DNA of 63,364 bases, from IMG/VR virus record IMGVR_UViG_3300033978_000202, positions 1 to 63,364 of that record, one strand, 5' to 3'. The translations under genes and the position numbers were made by a program. Source of the stretch: a virus (Duplodnaviria > Caudoviricetes). Positions 27,353 to 36,996 of this stretch are shown here, piece by piece. The notes beneath the pieces were generated by a model, which searched no databases, was not told the DNA's origin, and was given only the letters and a program-made list of their open reading frames with translations. Position 1 is the stretch's first letter; each line of letters opens with the position of its first letter.

Positions 27353-30300
27353 TTAATCATTACAACCGCAGCAAGCATCCAACAAACTTACGTTTGAGTA
27401 GCATAAATCAAATGCCGGTGGAGGTACATCGCATCCGCAACAAGCGTTGTTTGTGTCTGCATCAGAGTAACACAACTCAAGTGGCAGAGAGCTTCTGTAA
27501 TCCCATATCAAATATAAATATTGTCCGCTGCTTGGGACGGTAAAAGTTCCTGTATAATATCCTGCTGCTCCTGTTGGTGCAACTGTTGTAGCTGCTGCAA
27601 GTAAATTTGCAATGCCAACCTGAGTGTTAGGGTATAGTGTATTGCTTCTTAAATATCTAAACTTATTGTAAGAAGGATTGAAATCAAAAGTATCAAATCC
27701 TTGCTTGTTTGAAATCAACTCCATTGCTGCTCCTGAAGGAGGGAATCCACCTGTGCCTTGAGGACCAATGATAATATTGTACTCAGATACCACAGGACTT
27801 TGAGCAGATGAATCAAATGTTACAAGTGTAGACTGAAGAGGTGAAATAAATCCTGCATCCGTATACCTGTACTCATTATGGATAAACTTACCGGCATCGG
27901 CATTGCTTGTTAAGCAGATGTTGACAATACCTATCTCGTTTGCTTCTACGCAGTTTACAAGTACGCTTACATTGACGTTGTCAGTAGCAATAACATTAAC
28001 AATAAGTTCGTTAATAGCGTTACTGTTTTTGGCTATTGTAAGAGACCCTGATGTAGTTACTACCCCTGAAGAAACAGTAGTTAACCCATAAGTTACTACC
28101 ACTTCAAATTCAGCAGTTGATGATGGGTCTACCGTATAGTCAACGATACAGTCTCCAACAGAGGTGTCTTCAAATATCACCCCATACTGCCTGTTTGATC
28201 CTGCTTCAATAGTGAAGTCTTGCTCGATACCGCAACTATAAATAATAGGAGGAATAGGCACAGAGCTGTCGTTAGTGGTGAGCACATACTCATTCATATA
28301 TGGGTCAAACCCACCAAGCTTTTGAGTATTGAAGGATTGGATAAAGTTATCTCTAAACCAAGTCCGCATACCTTGCTCAGACACCACTCTTAATTGGTCT
28401 GTGCTATAAGAGTTTCCAATAAGTTGCAGTACAGCCCCACGCTTTACGTCTGTAAAGTATCTATAGTAACCCCATTGTACATAGCTTTCAGGATGGAAGC
28501 TGATACCATACTTCTCAACACGAGCAATTTGAGTACCCAATACTTCAGGCACGGAGGTAATAGCACCACCGGCTGCAGCATCTGAGAGTAAGTTCTTGCC
28601 TGCAAGTACGTATGAAATCTTATCTTCTTGTAGCGTAAGTACGTCAGTCTCTCGTCCATCTAACTTATAGATAGGACCGAATGATACCTCTAAATATTTG
28701 TAGTTAAGCAGTCCTAAATTGAACTCATTTAATTTATTAACATTTGACTCAAAGTTATACACACCACTGTATGTGATGTCAGCAAAGCGCCTTGTTCTCT
28801 TGTATTGCTGTACCGATATGGACGTTACACGGTTGCCAAGATTAAAGGTCTTGCCAATAATTGAGTCACGAATCTTATAGCTTTCAGCACCATTACCAAA
28901 ACAGAAACAGTTAAAGAACTCTGTGTCTATTATTGCCGGCAAAGATGCAGTTTGGTTCTGTATGTTACCCAAGTGTCTTCCGTTGGCATCAATACCAAAA
29001 GACAAATGATTCTCAAAGAATACATCAGGTAATGAGTCAACGGGTTGTGTCTCGAATATCAGGGTAGTCTCAGCTCTAAACACTTCAATGTTTACAATAA
29101 CAGTAGACCTACGCTTCTCTCTCGAAGCTACACCACCACATCTAAGAGTACCACTGACAATAAGAGTTAGCTGATTATTGGCAGGATTGCGATAGAACCT
29201 ATAATAGTTTTTACACAAATCAGTTGAAATGTCTGTGTTGTTTGATGCAAGTGTAGGTATAAATTCATTTTCAACAGGACATTCATTACCCCCAACCTCT
29301 TGATCTCCATCATCAAGTATCTGTTCTACGTTGTCTCCAATCCACCACTCCATCATATTATCATAATTGGCAGAAGAAACAAGCGTTTTCTCTAAAGTAT
29401 AAATACGCCTCTCACAAGCTCCATTACCTTGACCAACACCAAGACGCTGAAACTTAAAATATAATTTAATTCTACTACCGGCAGGTACAGTATAATCAAC
29501 CCAAGCACTTGTTGCGGTATCAAATCTGTTCATTGGGTAGTTCAAAATAGGATACTCTCCTGCATCGTTTTGATCTACCTGTTCGTTGCCCGGTGCAATA
29601 ATTGAAAGTTCATCCTGAACAACAGCAAAGCTGTTTGGATTAATCTTCATATATACCCCCGATGGAACAGGAATATTTACGGTAGGGTCAAGTTCACTTG
29701 GTATCTCAATGAATCCTGCTTGCTTAGCTTCTTTCTCAAGCACTGTTGCGTATACGCAATTATTTGTAGGTCCACTTGTGTCAGCCTTTACGATAAGCCT
29801 ATCACCCTGCTGTACCTTACGTGCGTTTTCTCCTTCAAGTAAAAAGTATGCGTTATTACTTAGAGGGTCGTCAAAGAAGATGCTACTATATATGGTATCG
29901 TAACTTTCTTCGTCAGGCTTAATAACAAACTTATATCTCTTAGCCCAAGCCGGAGCTATCTGAGTTGTAGGAATAGTTACCCTAATAGAGTTCTTGGTAT
30001 CAGATGCAGAGCAAGGAATGTGTACTGTATTTCTTGGACTAACCAAGGCTGTAGTAGAACGACCAAAGTCATCCATATACACGATACCAATCTCATACCC
30101 ACGATTGCTATGCAAGCTGCGTGGTGAATTTATTTTTTGATAGAAAGCTTCTGCAAAGTTTACTGAGTAATACTCATACACACTAATTGTTGGTGTAGTA
30201 GTATTGTCAACATATCTCATTGCAGGAAACTGTAGACCAATTATTTGACTTGCAGGTGTAGTAATAATGCTTATTGGCTGACCTGCAGCAGAAATACCAC

Positions 30301-31825
30301 TCTGAAACTTTATTAGTGCGTCTAAGTTGTTTGGTAGTGCACAGTTAAGCTGATCAGTAAATGTTGTCCCATTACAAGAGTTTGCTATAGGCTGAATATT
30401 TGCAATCGTTCCAATAACATCTTGAAACGCTACACTTGTAGCCATCTGATAAACAGAAGTATATGTAGTTGGAAGTGTAAACGTAAGCGTCAAATTAATG
30501 TTTTCGCTTGTCTCTGTAGGGAATGGGGTGCTCCCTGCAAACATATTGTGCGTAAGCCTTACATCTAATGTAATTGAAGAACCGGCAATAAGTTGTATAC
30601 CTGTTAGGTTAATATTTACAGTCGCATTTGGAATAGTTTGATTGCTACCAAAACTATATATACCAACAGATGTAGTGTCAGGTACACTTGTAGTACCAAC
30701 CAATTCAGAAACTGCAGAAGCAACGTACTCAAGTTTGGTTACGTTTCCATTCTTGTCAACTAAGTCGTATCCCTCAACATAGTTGCCATACATTAAACGA
30801 TTGCCCATAATAGTTTGGGCTCTTGCAAGAAGTGGTACGTTATCATACAACCTAAGTAACTCTGACTCAGGAAGTACTGTAAATATCTTACTATTTGTAA
30901 ACGTATATGTATAGTTGGTGTTGTTTGCAAGACCAAGCTCAGCCTTATCAAGATTCTCTATAACCTTTACAATACTTGTTCCTGCTTCTTTGAATAACAG
31001 GTCAACACCAACAACAAGCGGACCACCTGAGTTATATGTAATGATAGCAGTGTTGTTCAAGTTTACCATCCCCTCATTGAGGTAGCTATTAATACTGAAC
31101 TCAAATGGGTTGGGAGAAAACGCAGGGGCAGACCATTGAGATGTCGCAGAATATTCTCCATCTTGATAACGATAACGATATGCGAAACAGATAAACCTGT
31201 CTTCCATAAAGTTGTCTTGCTGACCTGTTCTTATCTCACGAATAGCAGGAGCTGCAATTGGTGGTTTCTTAATTACAAGTAGCGACTCTGCACTAAATTG
31301 ATCTATGTTACCAATAGGGTTGGCATAGTTTCTTGTTATATTAAATACCCTTGGAGGGTTGTAATTATCAGTAAAAAATATCAACTGATCAATAAGGTCA
31401 ACACCTGTAATTAAAAATTGAGGATTAAAGTTTAGCGTAGTGTTTACACCACCACCATCATTGATGCTAATTACGTGGTAGGTAAGAGCGTTTTGAATTG
31501 TGTTATACGACACAATCATATCAAGTTTCCCGGTAGCTCCAATAGGGAAGGTGGGGTCGTGTACAAACCAAAATATTCTTTCGTTTGCACTATCATCAAT
31601 TGCACCAATACATTTTGCGTTTGCGCTAAGTGGTGTATTATTAACATACCTAAGCTGAGTAAGAGCTACGTTACCTTTTGTATTTTCTATTACACCAATC
31701 TCAGCTTGCTCAGTAGAACCCATACGGACGTTGAGCGCATCAATATACTCTCCGTTTGGAACAAGTCGCTCGTCTACGACCTTGTTCATCCTACCTGCTA
31801 TGAAGTTCCTTGTTATGTTTGGCAT
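27353..31825 (-). CDS. Tail stabilisation/nozzle protein (1490 aa)
   Basis: F..GRMNK..DERLVPNGEYIDALN, FFTDNYNPPR, GNRLMYGNYVEG, YGISFHPES. Confidence 0.8.
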   Translation of the reverse strand: MPNITRNFIAGRMNKVVDERLVPNGEYIDALNVRMGSTEQAEIGVIENTKGNVALTQLRYVNNTPLSANAKCIGAIDDSANERIFWFVHDPTFPIGATGKLDMIVSYNTIQNALTYHVISINDGGGVNTTLNFNPQFLITGVDLIDQLIFFTDNYNPPRVFNITRNYANPIGNIDQFSAESLLVIKKPPIAAPAIREIRTGQQDNFMEDRFICFAYRYRYQDGEYSATSQWSAPAFSPNPFEFSINSYLNEGMVNLNNTAIITYNSGGPLVVGVDLLFKEAGTSIVKVIENLDKAELGLANNTNYTYTFTNSKIFTVLPESELLRLYDNVPLLARAQTIMGNRLMYGNYVEGYDLVDKNGNVTKLEYVASAVSELVGTTSVPDTTSVGIYSFGSNQTIPNATVNINLTGIQLIAGSSITLDVRLTHNMFAGSTPFPTETSENINLTLTFTLPTTYTSVYQMATSVAFQDVIGTIANIQPIANSCNGTTFTDQLNCALPNNLDALIKFQSGISAAGQPISIITTPASQIIGLQFPAMRYVDNTTTPTISVYEYYSVNFAEAFYQKINSPRSLHSNRGYEIGIVYMDDFGRSTTALVSPRNTVHIPCSASDTKNSIRVTIPTTQIAPAWAKRYKFVIKPDEESYDTIYSSIFFDDPLSNNAYFLLEGENARKVQQGDRLIVKADTSGPTNNCVYATVLEKEAKQAGFIEIPSELDPTVNIPVPSGVYMKINPNSFAVVQDELSIIAPGNEQVDQNDAGEYPILNYPMNRFDTATSAWVDYTVPAGSRIKLYFKFQRLGVGQGNGACERRIYTLEKTLVSSANYDNMMEWWIGDNVEQILDDGDQEVGGNECPVENEFIPTLASNNTDISTDLCKNYYRFYRNPANNQLTLIVSGTLRCGGVASREKRRSTVIVNIEVFRAETTLIFETQPVDSLPDVFFENHLSFGIDANGRHLGNIQNQTASLPAIIDTEFFNCFCFGNGAESYKIRDSIIGKTFNLGNRVTSISVQQYKRTRRFADITYSGVYNFESNVNKLNEFNLGLLNYKYLEVSFGPIYKLDGRETDVLTLQEDKISYVLAGKNLLSDAAAGGAITSVPEVLGTQIARVEKYGISFHPESYVQWGYYRYFTDVKRGAVLQLIGNSYSTDQLRVVSEQGMRTWFRDNFIQSFNTQKLGGFDPYMNEYVLTTNDSSVPIPPIIYSCGIEQDFTIEAGSNRQYGVIFEDTSVGDCIVDYTVDPSSTAEFEVVVTYGLTTVSSGVVTTSGSLTIAKNSNAINELIVNVIATDNVNVSVLVNCVEANEIGIVNICLTSNADAGKFIHNEYRYTDAGFISPLQSTLVTFDSSAQSPVVSEYNIIIGPQGTGGFPPSGAAMELISNKQGFDTFDFNPSYNKFRYLRSNTLYPNTQVGIANLLAAATTVAPTGAAGYYTGTFTVPSSGQYLYLIWDYRSSLPLELCYSDADTNNACCGCDVPPPAFDLCYSNVSLLDACCGCND

Positions 31826-31826
31826 A

Positions 31827-32750
31827 TTATTTCAACCACTTGTCCATACCACGCAGATTCATAAGAAGTCTGCCCGGATGAATGTTACTCATTCTAATTT
31901 TTGCGTTGCGAAGTAAAGCCGCTTTTTCTTTACGAGCACGAGCAATAATGTACTCTTGTACACCAAGCTTAGCGTTCAGTATCTCGTATTGAATATATGC
32001 GTAAATATACTTCTCAAATAATTTATTAACGCTGACAATTGAATCATCACCATTCTCCATACCATCAGAGATGTATTCGAGAATGACAGACTGATTATAC
32101 ATATCAGAGTTAAAGTTGATAACCCCCATTCTCTGATCAATAGCAAATGTTGGGTTGAAGTTTGCAGTCTCTGTATTAAGACCGTAGCGCTCTCCAAGGC
32201 TATAATCAAAATACCAAACGCCATCAATATTCCATCCAAGTTGCCCATTGTAGGTGCTCTGTGGATTCAAATAAATACTCTTTTTTATGCCTGCCAAACG
32301 CTGTAAGTCTATCTCAGAAAATTGAGGAGATAGCGCATTGCCAAATTGGTCAAACAATATCTTTCCGGTTTGGTCTTGCAAGTATGCAAGAGATGAAAGA
32401 ATTTGAATATTCTCTGTGAGTGGTCTTAGGTATCCATCTTTGTAAAGATTTACTCTTACCCAATTCACATAGTCCGATGGAAGTATATATCGAAGCGTAT
32501 CATCAACTGTAAGCTGTAAAACTTTTAGCTGTTTGAACGCATCGTAGTTTAGTTCCTGTATGGCACGCTTTGCGTGGAACAATATTTTGTAACGCTCTTC
32601 ATTGTTTACAAGAGAATGGTTACCTGCATACATCAACATAAAGTTGTTGACAATATCGAACAGGCTTACGTATTGGTACGAACCCCAATTGACATCTGTT
32701 GGTGGTACACCATTATTCTCGTAATATTTATATTGAGTAATGTATGCCAT
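31827..32750 (-). CDS. Tail tubular/ring protein
   Basis: FHAKRAIQELNYD, LPSDYVNWVR. Confidence 0.7.
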   Translation of the reverse strand: MAYITQYKYYENNGVPPTDVNWGSYQYVSLFDIVNNFMLMYAGNHSLVNNEERYKILFHAKRAIQELNYDAFKQLKVLQLTVDDTLRYILPSDYVNWVRVNLYKDGYLRPLTENIQILSSLAYLQDQTGKILFDQFGNALSPQFSEIDLQRLAGIKKSIYLNPQSTYNGQLGWNIDGVWYFDYSLGERYGLNTETANFNPTFAIDQRMGVINFNSDMYNQSVILEYISDGMENGDDSIVSVNKLFEKYIYAYIQYEILNAKLGVQEYIIARARKEKAALLRNAKIRMSNIHPGRLLMNLRGMDKWLK

Positions 32751-32752
32751 AA

Positions 32753-33493
32753 TTATTGCGATTGTTTTTGTTCTTCAGCAGCACCGAATTGAACAGCCAT
32801 TATCTCACGAATAGACATACCTGCGTATTGAAGAATCTTTGTTACAAGCTTGAACTCATCTTCTGCAGGAACCTCAAAGTCTTGATAGTCGGGCTGCGAT
32901 TGGTCAAATACCGGCTCGCCACCTGTTAAAGAAACGAATGTCCATTTAGGGTCTTTCGGATACCTAAAATAATTTGCATCAACTTCATTCGGAAGGTTGA
33001 TGGTAGATGGATATACTGTAAGTACGCCACCCTCCTGCGTATATGCAGGATACTGTTCTGTTGGAGCCGTAAGATTTGACGTAGTAAGCATTGTGATTTT
33101 ATTATGCGTTACCTTCTCTGCCTCTCCCTTGAATACACGTGGAGATACAGATGCGTCATAGCACATAATCTTATTAATCATAAAATAGTCAAATCCTGTA
33201 GTAGTAATAGACGGAAGAAAAAATCTGTTTGTTGCAGGCGCAACTTGCGTAAGCGTTGAGGTTAAAGCAAAAACTTCCATCGCCTCTTCTATAGGCTTTC
33301 TTTGATCAGCGTAATCTATACCGGACTTTCTTAGGTTCTCTAAATTAACTACGTTGTTGTATTCAGAAAAGTATTCTTCAAATACTTCAAGCTGAGACTG
33401 CTTGGCAAACAGGTTAAAGTCTGCCGGTGATATATAGCCGTAGTTATTTTTATTGAGAATGGAAAGTACCGTATTTCTGACGGAATTTATCAT
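32753..33493 (-). CDS. Tail tubular/adaptor protein
   Basis: LNKNNYGYISPADFN, YFRYPKDPKW, ILQYAG. Confidence 0.7.
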   Translation of the reverse strand: MINSVRNTVLSILNKNNYGYISPADFNLFAKQSQLEVFEEYFSEYNNVVNLENLRKSGIDYADQRKPIEEAMEVFALTSTLTQVAPATNRFFLPSITTTGFDYFMINKIMCYDASVSPRVFKGEAEKVTHNKITMLTTSNLTAPTEQYPAYTQEGGVLTVYPSTINLPNEVDANYFRYPKDPKWTFVSLTGGEPVFDQSQPDYQDFEVPAEDEFKLVTKILQYAGMSIREIMAVQFGAAEEQKQSQ

Positions 33494-33517
33494 TATAGTC
33501 TTTTTACAAATATAAAC

Positions 33518-33545
33518 AAAAAAAGAGGGTATAGAAATACCCTCT
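33518..33545 (-). terminator. Intrinsic terminator
   Basis: AGAGGGTAT-AGAA-ATACCCTCT with adjacent A-run on +. Confidence 0.85.
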
Positions 33546-33572
33546 CTACCTAAACACTATGAAACCATTAAC

Positions 33573-34319
33573 CTATGCTAAGTTACTTTCAAGCATCTTA
33601 AGGGCATCAATTCCTTCATCGGTCTTCAGAAACTCCGCAACGGTAAAGTAGGGGTCTTGAGCATACGGAACGGTCAACATCTTCTTCTTATTGGACCCCG
33701 TATTAAACCATACTTCCTTCTGTCCGTTCCTGAATGTCAATAATTTATTCTCAAAGAACACGTGTACGTTTGACTGTAGCTTCAGCATTGGGTCCCCAAG
33801 TACATTTAAGAATCCTTTGGGGTCTCGCTTGGCATAAATCAGTACATCTCTTTTAAGCTCAGAACTTGTAAATCTCGATGGGTCTTTGCCAAAGAGAACT
33901 CTTGACACACTCTCGAGCTGCTCCAAAGAGAGCTGACGAGCTTGAATCAAGGCATCCACCTCCACAGTTAAACTCTCTACCTCTTTTGCAGCATCTTTTT
34001 CATTGTCTACCTCAATAAAAGTCCTACCATTTAGGGGGTGGTAGTACAAGAACTCTTGTAAAACAGGGTTATTTTTAGGAACGCTAAGAAACCCGTTCTC
34101 GAATATAACAGGTTCGACAATGGCATTACCGTCTTGCTCGTCCTCAAAAGGAGTCTTTTGGTTGACAGCGTATCGCAAGGGTCGGTTAATATTGTTTTCT
34201 TCATCGAACCAAAGTAATGGATAACGTCTTGTATTTCTTGAAGGTAGCGTATATGAAAGGGGGGCTACGTCCCCTTTAAGCTTGTAAATCCTGTCAGCAG
34301 GAACCAATTTCTTTTTCAT
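33573..34319 (-). CDS. Conserved virion-module protein downstream of capsid
   Basis: 248-aa ORF; position. Confidence 0.65.
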   Translation of the reverse strand: MKKKLVPADRIYKLKGDVAPLSYTLPSRNTRRYPLLWFDEENNINRPLRYAVNQKTPFEDEQDGNAIVEPVIFENGFLSVPKNNPVLQEFLYYHPLNGRTFIEVDNEKDAAKEVESLTVEVDALIQARQLSLEQLESVSRVLFGKDPSRFTSSELKRDVLIYAKRDPKGFLNVLGDPMLKLQSNVHVFFENKLLTFRNGQKEVWFNTGSNKKKMLTVPYAQDPYFTVAEFLKTDEGIDALKMLESNLA

Positions 34320-34341
34320 TAGATTTTAATTTGATTAGATT

Positions 34342-34383
34342 AAAAATAAGGGGGAGTGTCTTTGAAGACACCCCACCCTTTAT
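34342..34383 (-). terminator. Terminator-like hairpin after capsid gene, built around 16-bp motif copy 6 (34356-34371)
   Basis: AAGGGGGAGTGTC-TTTGAA-GACACCCCACCCTT, then T-rich run on - strand. Confidence 0.7.
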
Positions 34384-34396
34384 GGTTTTTCTTCGA

Positions 34397-35818
34397 TTAA
34401 GAACCGTAACGGAACAATACGAAGTTGTTAGCACCCAAGGTACAAACGCAACGCTCAGAGAGGAAGTTTACCTCCATTGCATCGAGGTCGCTTGTTTGAG
34501 CACCACCGGCAGAACCTGTGATCCAAGTCTTGTATCTACGGTCTTCTGTTTCAGAAGCACGGTAGCGTACGTGTAAGAATGGACGCTTAGCGTTCTTGCC
34601 AAGGATTTGGTCGTACACGGTAGTAGAACCGGCAGGAACCAATAGACCTGTTACAGTGCCTGCTGCTTGAGCACCTGTAGGAAGACCACCACGCATAGTA
34701 GGATCGTTCAGGTACTTCCAATCAGACTTGTAGAAGTCATAACCTCTGCGGAAACCGCTGAAGCCAAGGTTCAAAGCCATATCCTTGTCGTTGTCAAACA
34801 AACCGTAAGATGTACCGTTTGCTCCGTAGCTGTTCTGAGCAGCGAGCATATCGTCAATGTCAAAGCTGAAGGCACGGTTAACGAAGATTACGTTCTCTTC
34901 GATAGAACCTTGCTTGTCAAGACGAGAGATGATGCTGTCGAAATCAGCAAGTGTGGTTGGGTTTCCACCGCCCCATACGTTACCACGGCTGTTTACTACG
35001 TAGAAGATTCCCTCAGAACCTTTGTTACCGTAGATTGGGTTCAAAGAAGCGTTAGCAACACCTGAACCTGTCTCAGCAGGAACAGCCTCAATCATTGCAG
35101 TCTCAAGGTAGTCCTCAAAACGCAGACGAGTTTCGTGCTCGCTCTTCAAATACCAAAGGTATCCGGTAGCACCGTTCTCAGTGGTTACTTCAACCCATCC
35201 AATCTGAGCCATATCAGAACCGCTTACAGCGTATTTGTCCTTGATGATGATTGGAGAGTTATCGAAGATTTCATCTTCAGCTTCCAAAGAACCGATCATT
35301 CCAACAGTTCCTTTCTTGAACTCAGAACCGTAAATCCATACAGAAAGAACGGCTGTGCCTGAGAAAGTTTGACCACCGGCTTCGTAGTAAGCAACATCGA
35401 AAGTACCTGCAGTGGTGTTCACAGCAGTAACGATACCCTTGTTAGAAAGACCTGTAGCGTTGTCAGAAATAAATACAGTCTGACCGGCACGGATAGCAAT
35501 ACCACTTACGTTAGCATCGCTTACAGTGATGGTTGCAGAATCTGCAGCAGCAGCCGCAGAAGAGTCGCAGTTTACATACTTAGTATGCAAACGTCCTTGT
35601 TCAGCCCACTTAATCATATCAGAGTTAGAGGGCATTTCAGCTCCTACCAAACGAAGGAAAGAAGCTACAGTACGATTACCGTAACGCTCAAACTCCTTCT
35701 CATAAGTATCAGGAAGATACTGATTCAAGAAGTTGAAGTTGGTAATGTAGTTAGTCGAAAGGGGCACTTGCTCCGCACTTGGCTGAAGCTGATACCCGGG
35801 TGATGGTAATACTGCCAT
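34397..35818 (-). CDS. Major capsid protein
   Basis: 473 aa after portal and scaffold; IKWAEQGRLH, N.PIIIKDKYAVSGSD, FLSERC; crAss-related type. Confidence 0.85.
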   Translation of the reverse strand: MAVLPSPGYQLQPSAEQVPLSTNYITNFNFLNQYLPDTYEKEFERYGNRTVASFLRLVGAEMPSNSDMIKWAEQGRLHTKYVNCDSSAAAAADSATITVSDANVSGIAIRAGQTVFISDNATGLSNKGIVTAVNTTAGTFDVAYYEAGGQTFSGTAVLSVWIYGSEFKKGTVGMIGSLEAEDEIFDNSPIIIKDKYAVSGSDMAQIGWVEVTTENGATGYLWYLKSEHETRLRFEDYLETAMIEAVPAETGSGVANASLNPIYGNKGSEGIFYVVNSRGNVWGGGNPTTLADFDSIISRLDKQGSIEENVIFVNRAFSFDIDDMLAAQNSYGANGTSYGLFDNDKDMALNLGFSGFRRGYDFYKSDWKYLNDPTMRGGLPTGAQAAGTVTGLLVPAGSTTVYDQILGKNAKRPFLHVRYRASETEDRRYKTWITGSAGGAQTSDLDAMEVNFLSERCVCTLGANNFVLFRYGS

Positions 35819-35835
35819 TGTTGTAAATTTTTAAT

Positions 35836-36948
35836 TTATATTTTTTTAATGCTGCGGATTTTTAGACTCCTTCCGGAATCCGGTGCAACCGCCTTCACCT
35901 GCATCCCCCCTTTATTTACAACTTCAGGCGCTCTACGCTCTGACATATTTATGTTTTTAGTCTTACGCATTACGTCCTCTGTTGCGTCTGCCTGTCCTTG
36001 TTCATAGAAGTACTTGGCAAACCTATCAGGGTTCATCGCTATGGCTAAAGCCTTATGGTATCCTGCAGCGTCTTTAATCAGTCCGCTCTCATCCAAATAC
36101 TTGTTGATAAAGTTTAGTGGAGTCGATTGAGACTTCTTTAACTCTGCAGCAGACCCGGGAGAAAACACAATCTTCTTGTCGTCAATGGCGAACTCAAAAC
36201 CTTTGAAGTCTTTACTAAAGACCTCCTCGGACTTTTGGTCAAACCATTTGCGCTTACGCTCGCTTTCCTCCTGCAAGGTTTTTGCCTGTTGTGTATACTG
36301 ACGGTACGCCTCAAACTCTTCATTATCCTCGGGAGATAAGCCATTTGCTCTTGACTCAAGAGGCAGCTTGTATTTCTCCTTCTGATCATTGAAGAAGCTC
36401 TTGGCTTCCGCAATAGCCTTTTTACGTGCAATCTTTACCTTCTTAATCTTGGACTCATCATCAATGTCTTCATCGTATTTGTAGTCCTCCATTAACACAT
36501 CAATGTCTTCTTTATCAAGACCCTTCTGTGTGGTGGCAAGATATTCACGAAGAACTTGATCAGGGTCCATTGAATCGTAGTCCTTGTTAACCTTAACAAA
36601 GTCATCGAATCCACGCCCTGTCTCCTTCTTAAATTTCATATAAGCAGCCACATCTTCGGGAAGGGGCTCAGACTCTTGGCGTTCTGATACCAAATCATCG
36701 AAGGAGTTAATCTGCTTATTGTAGCGTTTTCCAATATATGAAAGAACTTGCTCCTCTGTTAGTTCAGGCTCCTGTGCCGGAGGCTCTTCTGTTTTATCAG
36801 CAGGAGGCTCTATGTTTGATGTGTCAATCTTGACATCATCTACAACCTCACCATTCAACTGCTTCTCGTGTTTCTCAAGAAGTTCTTTTTCAACTTCCTG
36901 TACACTTTTGCCCTCTGTCGCATCAAGTGCTCTTACTTTAATTTCCAT
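35836..36948 (-). CDS. Putative scaffolding protein
   Basis: Acidic, helical; between portal and capsid. Confidence 0.65.
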   Translation of the reverse strand: MEIKVRALDATEGKSVQEVEKELLEKHEKQLNGEVVDDVKIDTSNIEPPADKTEEPPAQEPELTEEQVLSYIGKRYNKQINSFDDLVSERQESEPLPEDVAAYMKFKKETGRGFDDFVKVNKDYDSMDPDQVLREYLATTQKGLDKEDIDVLMEDYKYDEDIDDESKIKKVKIARKKAIAEAKSFFNDQKEKYKLPLESRANGLSPEDNEEFEAYRQYTQQAKTLQEESERKRKWFDQKSEEVFSKDFKGFEFAIDDKKIVFSPGSAAELKKSQSTPLNFINKYLDESGLIKDAAGYHKALAIAMNPDRFAKYFYEQGQADATEDVMRKTKNINMSERRAPEVVNKGGMQVKAVAPDSGRSLKIRSIKKI

Positions 36949-36996
36949 TAGATTAGATTTAATTTGTTACAAATTTATACAAAAATTGCGAAAGTT

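Noticed and set aside
28164-28180. Partial motif GTGTCTTCAAATATCAC
   Set aside because: Right arm is broken; not counted among the eight copies
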